Assembly (NCBI GenBank): GCA_964615975.1
Contig: CAZTTH010000015.1
Coordinates: 4,265 to 68,264 of the forward strand
From: an uncultured Lentisphaerales bacterium
GTDB lineage: Bacteria; Verrucomicrobiota; Lentisphaeria; JABSQK01; JAJFLO01
Reading direction: 5' to 3'
DNA: 64,000 nt
Shown here piece after piece: positions 41,743 to 52,022 of this stretch (positions are counted from its first letter, which is position 1; each line of letters opens with the position of its first letter). The notes beneath the pieces are model-generated. The model worked only from the letters and a program-made list of their open reading frames with translations. It was not told the DNA's origin and made no database searches. Made by a program: the position numbers and the translations under genes.

Positions 41743-42900
41743 TCAATTATCACTTTCATCAAATAAATCACTTGGATTCCCGACCGGCGCTGGTGGGGTA
41801 GCAGGGGGTTTTGTATCACCGGCGGATGGTGGAGTTGGGGAAGAATTGCTCGCTGCCGGTTTATCGCTGGGGATGTCCGTCTCAAGCCATAGATCTGGAT
41901 TTTCAGGTTCATCAGTTCCACTGGTCTCCTCTGCATTGGTGGTAAGCGGTTTTCCTTCAGCCTCGGTTTTTTTATTAATGAATGCTTTGAACTTGGCTAA
42001 AAATGTCGTGTCTTTAGCTTCCTCTGAAACGTTTTTCGCGGCGACCTCCATATCCAATACCTGTTGGGGTATCCAGCCGCCTCTTTCCGGTATATTGACA
42101 TAGTTATTTTGTTTATATACTTTTTCCCTGATTTCCTGCCGCACACGTCGCATCTCTTTTTCGCGTGCCTTAGAATACTGATAGTTAAAAATATCCATCA
42201 CCGGCACCCATTTGTTGGTACGCCGATTATACAGATATCCGGCTTTTGTCCATACCTTGTTGGTCAGAGCATCCTGCGCTTTCTCGATGTATTCCTTGCG
42301 TTTTTCTTCGAACTTATGCACTTCACGCTGGACATAAATTCGGACCGCATCTTCATGATCGGCAAGAAACAATCGCGCCAAGTCATCCCGGGCAATATCA
42401 CGCTTCGGAATCGGAATGCTGCTGATCTTGATGATGTCATTCGAAACCACTTCCAGCAATCCCTTTACTTCCAACAACTGGTTGGCATAGTGACGTTGGA
42501 TGGTAACGGTTTCCCCGACTTTATACATTTTGAATTTTTCATCGGCGTCGTTCTTGATTTTTTCATAGGTCGCATCGGGGAAATGTTGATTGATCAATGC
42601 CTGGATTTCCTCCGCGATTTTAAGTTTAACCTGATCCACCGTCAAAACCGGCGGATAAATCGGGGGATTGAGTTTGATGCTGATAGCATAATCGTTGGGT
42701 TTTAATAGTTGATTTACCGCCTTGATGGTTTGTACTTCGATGTCAAAATCATAACGTTTCAGCTCGTCACTGTAATCGAAGATTGTAGGCGCAGCAGAGG
42801 ATTCAGGGATATCCTGATTGGCGCTTGCCAGGGAGATTAGCGCGATAAATCCACATGAAAGGACGGCGGCGAAGATTGAGAAATTTCTTTGGATTTGCAT
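41743..42900 (-). CDS. hypothetical secreted protein with a Pro/Thr-rich C-terminus
   Basis: The 385-aa ORF has a signal peptide (…FIALISLASANQD). Its stop abuts the rbgA start. No family recognised. Confidence 0.6.
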   Translation of the reverse strand: MQIQRNFSIFAAVLSCGFIALISLASANQDIPESSAAPTIFDYSDELKRYDFDIEVQTIKAVNQLLKPNDYAISIKLNPPIYPPVLTVDQVKLKIAEEIQALINQHFPDATYEKIKNDADEKFKMYKVGETVTIQRHYANQLLEVKGLLEVVSNDIIKISSIPIPKRDIARDDLARLFLADHEDAVRIYVQREVHKFEEKRKEYIEKAQDALTNKVWTKAGYLYNRRTNKWVPVMDIFNYQYSKAREKEMRRVRQEIREKVYKQNNYVNIPERGGWIPQQVLDMEVAAKNVSEEAKDTTFLAKFKAFINKKTEAEGKPLTTNAEETSGTDEPENPDLWLETDIPSDKPAASNSSPTPPSAGDTKPPATPPAPVGNPSDLFDESDN

Positions 42901-42925
42901 TAATACACCTGTTTTGTGGATTGTT

Positions 42926-43726
42926 TTAACTGCCTAAGGGAAAGGGAAGAAAACGAATATTTCCCCCTGAAAGTTTGGCGAGAATGGCGCCAACCCGATG
43001 GATAGCCTGAAGCCGACCCTCCAGTATGGCGGATAAAAATAACTGGGATAGGATTGCCATCCACACATCATCCTTGTGACAAATATGCGGTCTGGGATCA
43101 CGAACCTTTCTCGTAACTTTCCATTCTTCCGATGGCTCGATGATATGGTCGTTGGCATCCATCAGACAATGGCGGCCGCGATAGATGACGATGTTCGAGT
43201 ACCATCCTCCGTGATTACCCAATTCATGAGCAATCACCGCCAATAAAATCGGTGCGCCGATGCGTTGAATCAAAACATCCTCGATAAGATATAATTCGGC
43301 ATCGAGCTGATCATCTCCGGTGAAGATAAAATTATGCCGGCGCATGAAATTAATCATTTTCGTCGTCGATAAACGAGCGGGAAGCTCGCGTTTCAATTCC
43401 GACATCATGTTCTCAACTTCGAAAATGTTCATCTTGACATTATATTGAAAATTGATCTTGACGACTCCATCCCAGAGGTTGAGCATTGAGCGCTTGACAT
43501 CGTCAATGAATTTCCCCCGGGAACGTCGGATCGAGAGAATATTTCCCAATTGATGAATGCGATTACGCAGAATCGGATTTTGCGATTCCTGCAGATCCGC
43601 CACAATCTCGTCCAATCCCTGATCGAGAGTTAAGAGTTGTTCCATCGCCAGCGTGGAGACTTGTTTATCGTCGTCCTCCAAAAGATTTATCAAGGCGTCG
43701 ATGTTTGATTTTTCTTGATTAGTCAT
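42926..43726 (-). CDS. SirB1/YchA-like protein (transglutaminase-core-2-type fold), tentative
   Basis: The block AELYLIEDVLIQRIGAPILLAVIAHELGNHGGW resembles the conserved core of the SirB1 family. The assignment is from memory only. Confidence 0.45.
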   Translation of the reverse strand: MTNQEKSNIDALINLLEDDDKQVSTLAMEQLLTLDQGLDEIVADLQESQNPILRNRIHQLGNILSIRRSRGKFIDDVKRSMLNLWDGVVKINFQYNVKMNIFEVENMMSELKRELPARLSTTKMINFMRRHNFIFTGDDQLDAELYLIEDVLIQRIGAPILLAVIAHELGNHGGWYSNIVIYRGRHCLMDANDHIIEPSEEWKVTRKVRDPRPHICHKDDVWMAILSQLFLSAILEGRLQAIHRVGAILAKLSGGNIRFLPFPLGS

Positions 43727-44388
43727 TGGGATTTGACTCGCTTTTTATGGTAATGATCCCGATAGTTCAGGACGTTTTTAATATAGTGACGGGTTGATTT
43801 AAATGGAATATGGTCAAGAACATTTTTACCTTTCAATTTATCGGCCCAGTCCAGCGCCCGACTTCTCCCGGCATTATATTGCGCGAGCGCCATGATTGTC
43901 GGGTTTTCATGCTCATCCCATTCTCGTAATGCCATCCCCAAAAACCAGGAACCAATCTCGATGTTAGTTTCTGGCACAAATATAGCATCTCGCGATGAAA
44001 GAACACGATGATGACTGATTTCCCAATCCTTCACCACCAGGGGAGTGATTTGCATCAATCCCATTTCCTTCTTCTGACCCCGTGCGCTTTCACGATATTT
44101 GCTTTCCTGCATGATGATTGCTCTGATCAGGTCCGGATCAACATTATTGCGAATCGCGGCTTGCTCGATATAGGGGGCAAAGCGTTTCTCCAGTTGCTGG
44201 CGCCGGTAACTAATGAAAAATATTATACTCGCGACCAGCACCAGCACCACCAGCATGGCGACACTGAACCCTACCAATACCCGGTATCGCCGGGGAAAAT
44301 CTTCCCCATGAGATTCTTCTGTATCATTTTCTGCTGGATGTTTTGCCTGATCCATAATCGACAAGCTTTCGGGGTTTAATGTGGACAT
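43723..44388 (-). CDS. lytic transglycosylase (SLT domain), membrane-anchored
   Basis: IMQESKYRESARGQKKEMGLMQI carries the catalytic Glu, followed by AQYNAGRSRA. There is a TM segment near the N-terminus. I chose ATG 44388. The 3' end overlaps the next gene by 4 nt. Confidence 0.8.
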   Translation of the reverse strand: MSTLNPESLSIMDQAKHPAENDTEESHGEDFPRRYRVLVGFSVAMLVVLVLVASIIFFISYRRQQLEKRFAPYIEQAAIRNNVDPDLIRAIIMQESKYRESARGQKKEMGLMQITPLVVKDWEISHHRVLSSRDAIFVPETNIEIGSWFLGMALREWDEHENPTIMALAQYNAGRSRALDWADKLKGKNVLDHIPFKSTRHYIKNVLNYRDHYHKKRVKSQ

Positions 44389-44960
44389 TACGATTCGGCA
44401 ATATTGGAGTTGATCCGAAGCAATCAGGATATTACTAATTCCGCGCTTAAATGAGTGTTGTTTGATGAAATATACAAATTTATTGCCCGACAACTCAATC
44501 ACTAACCTGATGAAATTCAGGTACGATATCTCCGTTGACAGAAAACTGACATTCACCAAGCAGGATTATGCAAAAATCTTGGGTCACCCCAATCAATGCG
44601 GGGTTCAGAATTCACTTGGATGGTGTTAATGGCGCATGGGTTGGGATTAATGAATTCTGAAACGAGCCCTGGATTTCAGCTTGATTTCGCCTCGAATTGT
44701 TTGCAGAATGGTTGAATAACGCTATACTCCATAAGAGACTTGACACCTGACACCATCGTTCACCCAATCATTTGATTGGTATTAAATGAATTTCGCCATG
44801 AATAAGTAAATACTTTAACCGCGCATCTGGGAAATAGATCCCGGTTTGACCTGCCCCATGATCCTGGACTTCGCGATTATCAACTTTACCAACAAGCAGT
44901 CCTTTAACGTTATATGATTAAAGCGATGGGGAATTCAACCAGACGTTTACTGCTTTATTC

Positions 44961-46838
44961 ATGGCCAACCCAAGAAAGGAAACCCCCGACATTATGCAAC
45001 CTGATCCATTCACCGCCGGCACGATAGTCAATGAACACAACACGTTCAAATTTATCGTGTGGGCGCCAGTCAAAAACAAGGTCGAGCTGCACCTCGTCAC
45101 GCCTGGGGATGAACTGATACCCATGCTCAGGGATGAGCGGGGATATTGGCATGTGACCGTTGCCGCTGATACCACTCAGGAACTTCGTTATTATTATCGG
45201 CTCGATGATGCCGTCGACCGCCCGGACCCGGCATCCCATTATCAACCAGAAGGGGTGCACGGTCCTTCTCAGACGATCAATCATTCCGGTTACCAGTGGC
45301 AGGACCAGCAATGGCGGGGAATCGAGTTAAAAAAAATGGTGCTCTATGAACTTCATGTCGGCACATTTACAGCGTCGGGAACATTTCGCGACATCATCGC
45401 GCGCCTGCCGGAACTTAAGAAACTGGGAATCAATGCCCTGGAATTAATGCCGGTTGCCCAATTTCCCGGAGCGCGCAACTGGGGATATGACGGGGTCTAT
45501 CCCTATGCGGTACAAGACAGTTATGGCGGACCAATGGAACTGAAGGAAATGATCGATGCCTGTCACCAAATAGGAATCGCGGTGATCATGGATGTCGTCT
45601 ACAATCATCTTGGACCGGAAGGAAATTATCTGGGTGAATTCGGTCCTTATTTCACCGCCAGATATCACACTCCCTGGGGACGAGCCTTGAATTTCGATGA
45701 TGCTGATTCCCAGCCAGTGCGCGATTATTTCATTGCCAACGCTCTGCACTGGTTCAGGAATTATCATATTGATGGACTGCGATTGGATGCGGTGCACGCA
45801 ATTTTCGACACCAGCGCCTATCATTTTTTACAGGAATTGGCGGATAAAGTTGCTGTGTTTGACCAAAATAGCGGGAGAAAACACTATCTGATTGCCGAGA
45901 GCGACCTCAATGATCCCCGGCTGATCCGATCGCCCAACCGCGGCGGCTATGGATTGGATGCCCAGTGGTGTGATGATTTTCATCATTCCCTGCGCACATT
46001 GTTCACCGGCGAGCAGACCGGCTATTTTGCCGATTATGGTGAACTCAGTCATTGGGTCAAGGCATTGCAGGAAGGTTATGTCTATTCCGGTCAATATTCC
46101 TGTCACCGCCGTCGCCATCATGGCCGGCCAGCCCACGATATTCCCCCGGATCGGTTGGTGGTATTTTCCCAGAACCATGATCAGATCGGCAATCAAATGA
46201 CCGGGGAAAGATTGTCTGGAAAAATTTCCTTTGCCGCTCAGAAACTAATGGCGGCGGCGGTATTGCTTTCGCCTACCATCCCAATGTTATTCATGGGTGA
46301 GGAGTATGCCGAAACCGCTCCCTTTCTCTATTTCGTCAGTCATGGCGACCCGGAATTGATCGCAGCGGTGAGAAAGGGCAGGAAAGAAGAATTCAAAACC
46401 TTTCAGTGGTCAGGAGAACCGCCGGATCCGCAGGATGAAGCCACGTACCTGAAGTCAAAACTGGACTGGAATCAGCGTCGGCATGGGAATCATCGGATCA
46501 TGTGGAATTTTTACCGAAAACTACTGGCGATAAGAAAACGCTTGCCAGCAGCAGCAAAACGTGATGATCCATCGATCAAGGTTATCAGTGTGGGAAACCG
46601 GAATCCAGTCATCATTTACCGGGGAAGTCGGAAACAACGCTGGTTAATCCTGTACAACTTTTCTCCAGAGATCGTTGATTTTACCGTGGCGGAAAAATTT
46701 TCCGCAGGCGAGAAAATTTTTGATACATCCGCACCCGCGTGGAATGGCCCCGGAACACTCCTTCCCGATACCATAAATCAAGAACAGACGTATACCCTGA
46801 ATGCTCTTGGATGCGCGGTGTATCGTTTGCGGACGTAA
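44961..46838 (+). CDS. treZ: malto-oligosyltrehalose trehalohydrolase-like GH13 enzyme
   Basis: FKFIVWAPVKNKVELHL is E-set/CBM48-like. GH13 regions are DVVYNHLGPEGN, GLRLDAVHAI, LIAESDLND and QNHDQIGN. The start could be ATG 44994. Confidence 0.75.
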   Translation: MANPRKETPDIMQPDPFTAGTIVNEHNTFKFIVWAPVKNKVELHLVTPGDELIPMLRDERGYWHVTVAADTTQELRYYYRLDDAVDRPDPASHYQPEGVHGPSQTINHSGYQWQDQQWRGIELKKMVLYELHVGTFTASGTFRDIIARLPELKKLGINALELMPVAQFPGARNWGYDGVYPYAVQDSYGGPMELKEMIDACHQIGIAVIMDVVYNHLGPEGNYLGEFGPYFTARYHTPWGRALNFDDADSQPVRDYFIANALHWFRNYHIDGLRLDAVHAIFDTSAYHFLQELADKVAVFDQNSGRKHYLIAESDLNDPRLIRSPNRGGYGLDAQWCDDFHHSLRTLFTGEQTGYFADYGELSHWVKALQEGYVYSGQYSCHRRRHHGRPAHDIPPDRLVVFSQNHDQIGNQMTGERLSGKISFAAQKLMAAAVLLSPTIPMLFMGEEYAETAPFLYFVSHGDPELIAAVRKGRKEEFKTFQWSGEPPDPQDEATYLKSKLDWNQRRHGNHRIMWNFYRKLLAIRKRLPAAAKRDDPSIKVISVGNRNPVIIYRGSRKQRWLILYNFSPEIVDFTVAEKFSAGEKIFDTSAPAWNGPGTLLPDTINQEQTYTLNALGCAVYRLRT

Positions 46839-46953
46839 TTCAACCGCAAGGAGTCGAACTATCGAACGCCGCCGTTCCAATCAGGATGGCAATGGTGCGG
46901 TCTTTTTTAACCCTGATTGGGTTCAATATACCATAAAGAAATGAGGACAACTT

Positions 46954-49134
46954 ATGGAACAAATAAATAAATCATCTGAAGCCCGTTATCATGATAAAGT
47001 CTGGCCCGGGAAGCCCTATCCTCTGGGCGCCACCTGGGATGGGGCAGGAGTTAACTTCGCGCTCTTCTCCGAGAACGCCACCGCCGTCGATCTCTGTCTT
47101 TTTAGTCGTCCCGATGGCATGCGGGAAATCAGCCGGATTCGCATGAGTGAATACACCCATCAGATTTGGCATGTTTACATGCCCGGCATCCGTCCGGGAC
47201 AACTCTATGGCTATCGTGTTCATGGCCCTTATCATCCGGAAGAAGGGCATCGCTTCAACCCCGCCAAGCTGCTTCTCGATCCTTATGCCAAGTCAATTGC
47301 CGGTACGATCAATTGGAGCGACGCGCTCTTTGGTTACACGATTGATCATCCGGATACAGATCTGTCCATGGATGAACGAGACAGCGCGGCAGGAATGCCA
47401 AAATGTGTGGTCGTTGATCCCGCCTTTACCTGGGGTGATGATACCCCGCCCAAGATCCCCTGGCATAATACCGTGATTTATGAAATGCATGTCAAAGGCT
47501 TCACCGCGCATCATCCCCAGGTGCCGCCCGAACTGCGCGGGACTTATGCCGGACTCGCGTATCCGCCGATCATTGAATACCTCAAAGCATTAGGAATAAC
47601 CGCCGTCGAATTAATGCCGATCCACCAGTTCGTCGCGGATAAACATTTGGTGGATAAAGGGTTGACCAATTACTGGGGTTACAATTCGATCGGCTTCATG
47701 GCGCCGGATGCCAGATATACGAAAAGCGGGCTTTTAGGTCAGCAGATAATCGAATTCAAAACCATGGTAAAATCCCTGCATCGGGAGGGAATCGAGATCA
47801 TTCTTGATGTGGTTTACAATCACACCGGCGAAGGCAGTCATCTTGGGCCGACGCTCTGTTTTCGCGGCATCGATAACGCCGCCTATTATCGCCTGACCCC
47901 GGATAACCCGAGGTATTATCAGGATTATACCGGCACCGGAAACACTCTCGACATGACTCATCCCCGGGTTCTGCAAATCATCATGGACAGTCTGCGTTAC
48001 TGGGTGCTGGAAATGCATGTCGATGGCTTCCGCTTCGATCTGGCGGCAACCCTGGCGCGTGAACTCCATGAAGTTGATCGTCTGGGCGCGTTCTTCGATA
48101 TCATCCATCAGGATCCGGTGCTGTCACAGGTTAAGCTGATCGCCGAACCTTGGGATTTGGGTGAAGGCGGTTATCAGGTGGGTAATTTTCCGGTGTTATG
48201 GACGGAATGGAATGGCAAATATCGCGACACGGTGCGCCGCTTCTGGCGCGGAGATCCGGACCAGGTGGGTGAGATGGCTTACCGCCTGACCGGCAGCAGT
48301 GATCTCTACCAACTTGGTGGTCGCCGCCCCTATGCCAGCATTAATTTCGTCACCGCCCATGATGGGTTCACGCTCCTTGATCTGGTCAGTTACAATGAGA
48401 AACATAATGAAGCTAACGGCGAGAATAATCAGGATGGCACGAACGATAACCTGAACTGGAATTGTGGCGTCGAAGGCCCTACGGATAACCCCGAAATTCT
48501 GGCGCTCCGCCGTCGGCAGCAGCGCAATTTCCTCGCCACTCTATTCTTTTCCCAGGGAATCCCGATGATGCTGGCAGGCGATGAATTGGGGCGCACGCAG
48601 CAGGGAAATAATAATGCCTACTGCCAGGACAATGAGATTTCCTGGTTTAACTGGAATCTGAGTTCTGAGCAAGAGGATTTGTTGACGTTCGTACGTCATC
48701 TGATTAGAATTTATCACAACCATCCTGTGTTGCGCCGCCATCATTTCTTCCGCGGCCGCCAGATCCCCGGCACCTCCATCAAGGATTTATACTGGTTGCG
48801 GGCGGAAGGACAAGAAATGACTGAAGCGGATTGGCATAATCCCAATATACGCGCCATCGGGTTGCGGCTTGATGGCCATGCCATCCGGGAAGTTGATGAG
48901 CGCGGTAACCCGATTATTGACGATACCCTGTTGATCATTTTCAATGCGTATTCCGAACCATTGCCTTTTGTCCTTCCGGATTATGTGAGCGGCGGACAAT
49001 GGGAATTGTTGATCGATACCCGCGACGTTAAAGTCAGCACCAATCCCCAAATCCACATCAAGGGCAGTGAGCCCTATATCATGGAAGGCCGATCCGTCGT
49101 CTTGTTGCGCCTTCGGCACCTCGATTATAGTTAA
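46954..49134 (+). CDS. glgX: glycogen debranching enzyme GlgX/TreX (GH13)
   Basis: [21 protein letters not shown]...[11 protein letters not shown]...[10 protein letters not shown]...[13 protein letters not shown]...IAEPWD...VTAHDGFTL. Confidence 0.9.
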   Translation: MEQINKSSEARYHDKVWPGKPYPLGATWDGAGVNFALFSENATAVDLCLFSRPDGMREISRIRMSEYTHQIWHVYMPGIRPGQLYGYRVHGPYHPEEGHRFNPAKLLLDPYAKSIAGTINWSDALFGYTIDHPDTDLSMDERDSAAGMPKCVVVDPAFTWGDDTPPKIPWHNTVIYEMHVKGFTAHHPQVPPELRGTYAGLAYPPIIEYLKALGITAVELMPIHQFVADKHLVDKGLTNYWGYNSIGFMAPDARYTKSGLLGQQIIEFKTMVKSLHREGIEIILDVVYNHTGEGSHLGPTLCFRGIDNAAYYRLTPDNPRYYQDYTGTGNTLDMTHPRVLQIIMDSLRYWVLEMHVDGFRFDLAATLARELHEVDRLGAFFDIIHQDPVLSQVKLIAEPWDLGEGGYQVGNFPVLWTEWNGKYRDTVRRFWRGDPDQVGEMAYRLTGSSDLYQLGGRRPYASINFVTAHDGFTLLDLVSYNEKHNEANGENNQDGTNDNLNWNCGVEGPTDNPEILALRRRQQRNFLATLFFSQGIPMMLAGDELGRTQQGNNNAYCQDNEISWFNWNLSSEQEDLLTFVRHLIRIYHNHPVLRRHHFFRGRQIPGTSIKDLYWLRAEGQEMTEADWHNPNIRAIGLRLDGHAIREVDERGNPIIDDTLLIIFNAYSEPLPFVLPDYVSGGQWELLIDTRDVKVSTNPQIHIKGSEPYIMEGRSVVLLRLRHLDYS

Positions 49135-49299
49135 GGAGAACCGATCGCTTTATCGTATAAGGGTATGATATAAGGAATGAGTGAGTTTATCATTGATCAT
49201 TTTACCTCATTGAAATGTGCTTAATACTGAATTAGTTTTCTGGTGTATGTTCATCTTTCTTAAACATTCAAGCTAAGAAATTTAATGGATTAAATAGAC

Positions 49300-51330
49300 A
49301 TGAAATTAGCGCTTCAGTACTCAACATGGGTATTTAGAGATTGTTTGAACAATCTGGTTTTAAGCATCAGACTTTTATTCTGTACTCCCCATAGCCTTCT
49401 CAAGTCCGGGCAACACCTGCTTATCCATCGTATCTTGATACCCGGTGTTATTTGCCTCATTACCAGCCACGAAATATATGCTACATCACCCCCCGATACC
49501 GAGTCGATCAAATCAGTCGCGGAACTGAAGAAAATGAGCTTGGAAGAATTGTTCAACATCGAGGTGATATCGGTTTCGAAAAAACCGGAACAATTATCCG
49601 CCATACCTGCAAGTGTGTTTGTTGTCACGGCGGAGGATATCCGCCGATCTGGCGCCAGGAGCATACCTGAAGCCTTGCGTAATATTCCTGGAATTGAGGT
49701 GGCCAGGGTCGATGCGCGCCAATACGCCATCACGGCACATGGGTTCAATGGCACTACCTCCAACAAATTACTCATTTTAATGGATGGTCGCAGCCTGTAT
49801 ACTCCTTTATTTTCGGGGGTGTTCTGGGACGCGCAAAACACCCCGATGGAAAATATCGAAAGAATTGAAGTAATTCGCGGCCCCGGGGCCACAGTGTGGG
49901 GGGCAAACGCGGTTAACGGTGTGATAAACATCATTACCAAGAACGCGGCCGATACCCAGGGATATCTACTCACCAGCGGTGTCGGCAACGAGGAACAAGG
50001 ATTTGGGAGTCTGCAATGGGGGGGGCAGATAAAAGAAAATATGTCTCTTCGTCTCTATGGTCAACGCTTCAATCGTGACGATTCAGTGTTTGCCAACGGC
50101 AGGCAGGGCATGGATCAATATCACATGGAACAAGGCGGATTCCGGCTGGATTGGAAGGCATCAAACGACGACGCAATTACATTTCAAGGCGATATTTATG
50201 GGAGCAGCGCAGATCAACGCGCCGCGGATGACATCACATTTAGCGGCGGCAATCTGATCACTAAATGGACCCATACCTATTCGCAAGATTCTGACTTACA
50301 AATTGTCACCTACTACGATCGCACGGAAAGAGACATTCCTTCGCTCTTTGGTGAAACCCTGAATACCTATGATGTTGATTTGCGCCATCGATTTGGATTA
50401 GGTTCACGACATGATTTCATTTGGGGACTCGGGTATCGATACCTGGACAACACCGTGGTCAACAGTCCCTCTCTGGCATTCTACCCGGCTCGTCTTTCAC
50501 AGGATGTGGTCACGGCATTTATTGAAGATCAAATCACGCTGGTGGAAAATAAGTTAAAGCTGACACTCGGATCTAAATTTGAATATAATTATTACAGCGA
50601 CTTCGAATATCAACCGAGCATTCGACTTGCCTGGACGCCAGCACCTGAACATTTCATCTGGGGAGTGGTGTCTCGGGCTGTGCGCACCCCTTCGCGGATT
50701 GACCAGGATTTCTTTATTCCAGGAAATCCTCCTTTTTCATTTATCGGAAATTCGGAGTATGACTCGGAAAAGCTTTATGCGTATGAACTGGGTTATAAAA
50801 CACGGATGCATCCCAAGGTTACAGCTTCCCTGTCAACTTTTTATAACACCTATGATGAACTGCGCAGTGCTGAAACCTGGACGCCAACATTTCTGGACAA
50901 TCGCTTGAAGGGCGAGAGTTATGGGATCGATATCCATGCCATGTACCAGGCGCTTGATTGGTGGCGCTTGATCTCCAGCTATTCCTTTTTTGCCTTGCAA
51001 CTTCACACCGAAAATGGCAGCAGAGATATCACCAGTGAAAATGTTGAAGGTGATTCGCCGCAGAATCAATACTCACTCACCTCTCGGATGGATTTGCCAT
51101 ATCACTTGGAATTTGACTCTACCATTCGCTATGTCGACAGCCTGCCCAACCAAAACGTGCCGCCCTACACGGCGTTCGATGTGCGTATCGGATATAAATA
51201 TTCCAAGAATCTGGAAATTTCTCTTGTAGGCATGAATCTGCTCGACCCCCAGCATCCTGAATTTGGCGCGCCCAACAATCGCCGTGAAGTCCAACGCAGC
51301 ATCTATGGAAAACTCACCCTGAAATTTTAA
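49300..51330 (+). CDS. TonB-dependent outer-membrane receptor
   Basis: The plug domain reads VFVVTAEDIRRSGARSIPEALRNIPGIEVAR...IERIEVIRGPGATVWGANAVNGVINIITK. The beta-barrel body ends in ...YGKLTLKF with a terminal aromatic residue. Confidence 0.85.
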   Translation: MKLALQYSTWVFRDCLNNLVLSIRLLFCTPHSLLKSGQHLLIHRILIPGVICLITSHEIYATSPPDTESIKSVAELKKMSLEELFNIEVISVSKKPEQLSAIPASVFVVTAEDIRRSGARSIPEALRNIPGIEVARVDARQYAITAHGFNGTTSNKLLILMDGRSLYTPLFSGVFWDAQNTPMENIERIEVIRGPGATVWGANAVNGVINIITKNAADTQGYLLTSGVGNEEQGFGSLQWGGQIKENMSLRLYGQRFNRDDSVFANGRQGMDQYHMEQGGFRLDWKASNDDAITFQGDIYGSSADQRAADDITFSGGNLITKWTHTYSQDSDLQIVTYYDRTERDIPSLFGETLNTYDVDLRHRFGLGSRHDFIWGLGYRYLDNTVVNSPSLAFYPARLSQDVVTAFIEDQITLVENKLKLTLGSKFEYNYYSDFEYQPSIRLAWTPAPEHFIWGVVSRAVRTPSRIDQDFFIPGNPPFSFIGNSEYDSEKLYAYELGYKTRMHPKVTASLSTFYNTYDELRSAETWTPTFLDNRLKGESYGIDIHAMYQALDWWRLISSYSFFALQLHTENGSRDITSENVEGDSPQNQYSLTSRMDLPYHLEFDSTIRYVDSLPNQNVPPYTAFDVRIGYKYSKNLEISLVGMNLLDPQHPEFGAPNNRREVQRSIYGKLTLKF

Positions 51331-51452
51331 CGAGATTAATAATTCCAATGCCCCAAAAGTATTTGTTCAAAATAATCCCCCCTGCGGTTGTGATTTTCAT
51401 GATCAATTATGACTGCAAGTAACATAACAATACAACGACTAAACGAGACGAT

Positions 51453-52007
51453 ATGAAACGATCCAGCCGATTCCTGTTGAGTGTGATTGGTGCGATTATT
51501 TGGCTTGCGAGCTCATCCGCAACGATGGCACAATCTACCGGGTTTAAAGAATATCAGGTCAAGGCTGTATTTTTATATAATTTCATTAAATTCATCACCT
51601 GGCCGGAAAGTGTTTTTCCCAATTTTGATACTCCCGTGACCATCGGGGTGTTGGGCGCCAATCCATTTGGCAGTTTTCTCGATGAACTCATCGCGGACGA
51701 ATATATTCGCAACCGCAAAATTGAAATCCATACCTCAGACAACCTCAGTGACTTGCAAGATTGCAACCTGATCTTCATCAGCAAATCAGAACATGGCAGA
51801 CTGGACGAGATCTTGTCCGGAATCGGTTCCCAGCCCATTGTTACAGTTGGCGAAATTGAGAACTTCACCCGGCATGGAGGAATCATCAATTTTTATCTCG
51901 AAGGCAACAAGGTGCGCTTCGAGATCAATAATGATTCAGCGCAACAGCGGGGCATATTCATTAGTTCGCAATTGTTGAATCTGAGCAAGATCGTCAAGAC
52001 CAAATAA
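51453..52007 (+). CDS. YfiR-like periplasmic protein (DUF4154)
   Basis: It has a signal peptide, then YQVKAVFLYNFIKFITWP...TIGVLG...NLIFIS...PIVTVGE...GGIINFYLEGNKVRFEIN, which fits the DUF4154 pattern as I recall it. Confidence 0.75.
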   Translation: MKRSSRFLLSVIGAIIWLASSSATMAQSTGFKEYQVKAVFLYNFIKFITWPESVFPNFDTPVTIGVLGANPFGSFLDELIADEYIRNRKIEIHTSDNLSDLQDCNLIFISKSEHGRLDEILSGIGSQPIVTVGEIENFTRHGGIINFYLEGNKVRFEINNDSAQQRGIFISSQLLNLSKIVKTK

Positions 52008-52022
52008 CCCAGGCATTTCTCT

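Noticed and set aside
49186-49204. Fur-box-like sequence TTTATCATTGATCATTTTA upstream of the TonB-dependent receptor
   Set aside because: Only about 11 of 19 positions match the GATAATGATAATCATTATC consensus in my best manual alignment. That is too weak to call without a species-specific matrix.
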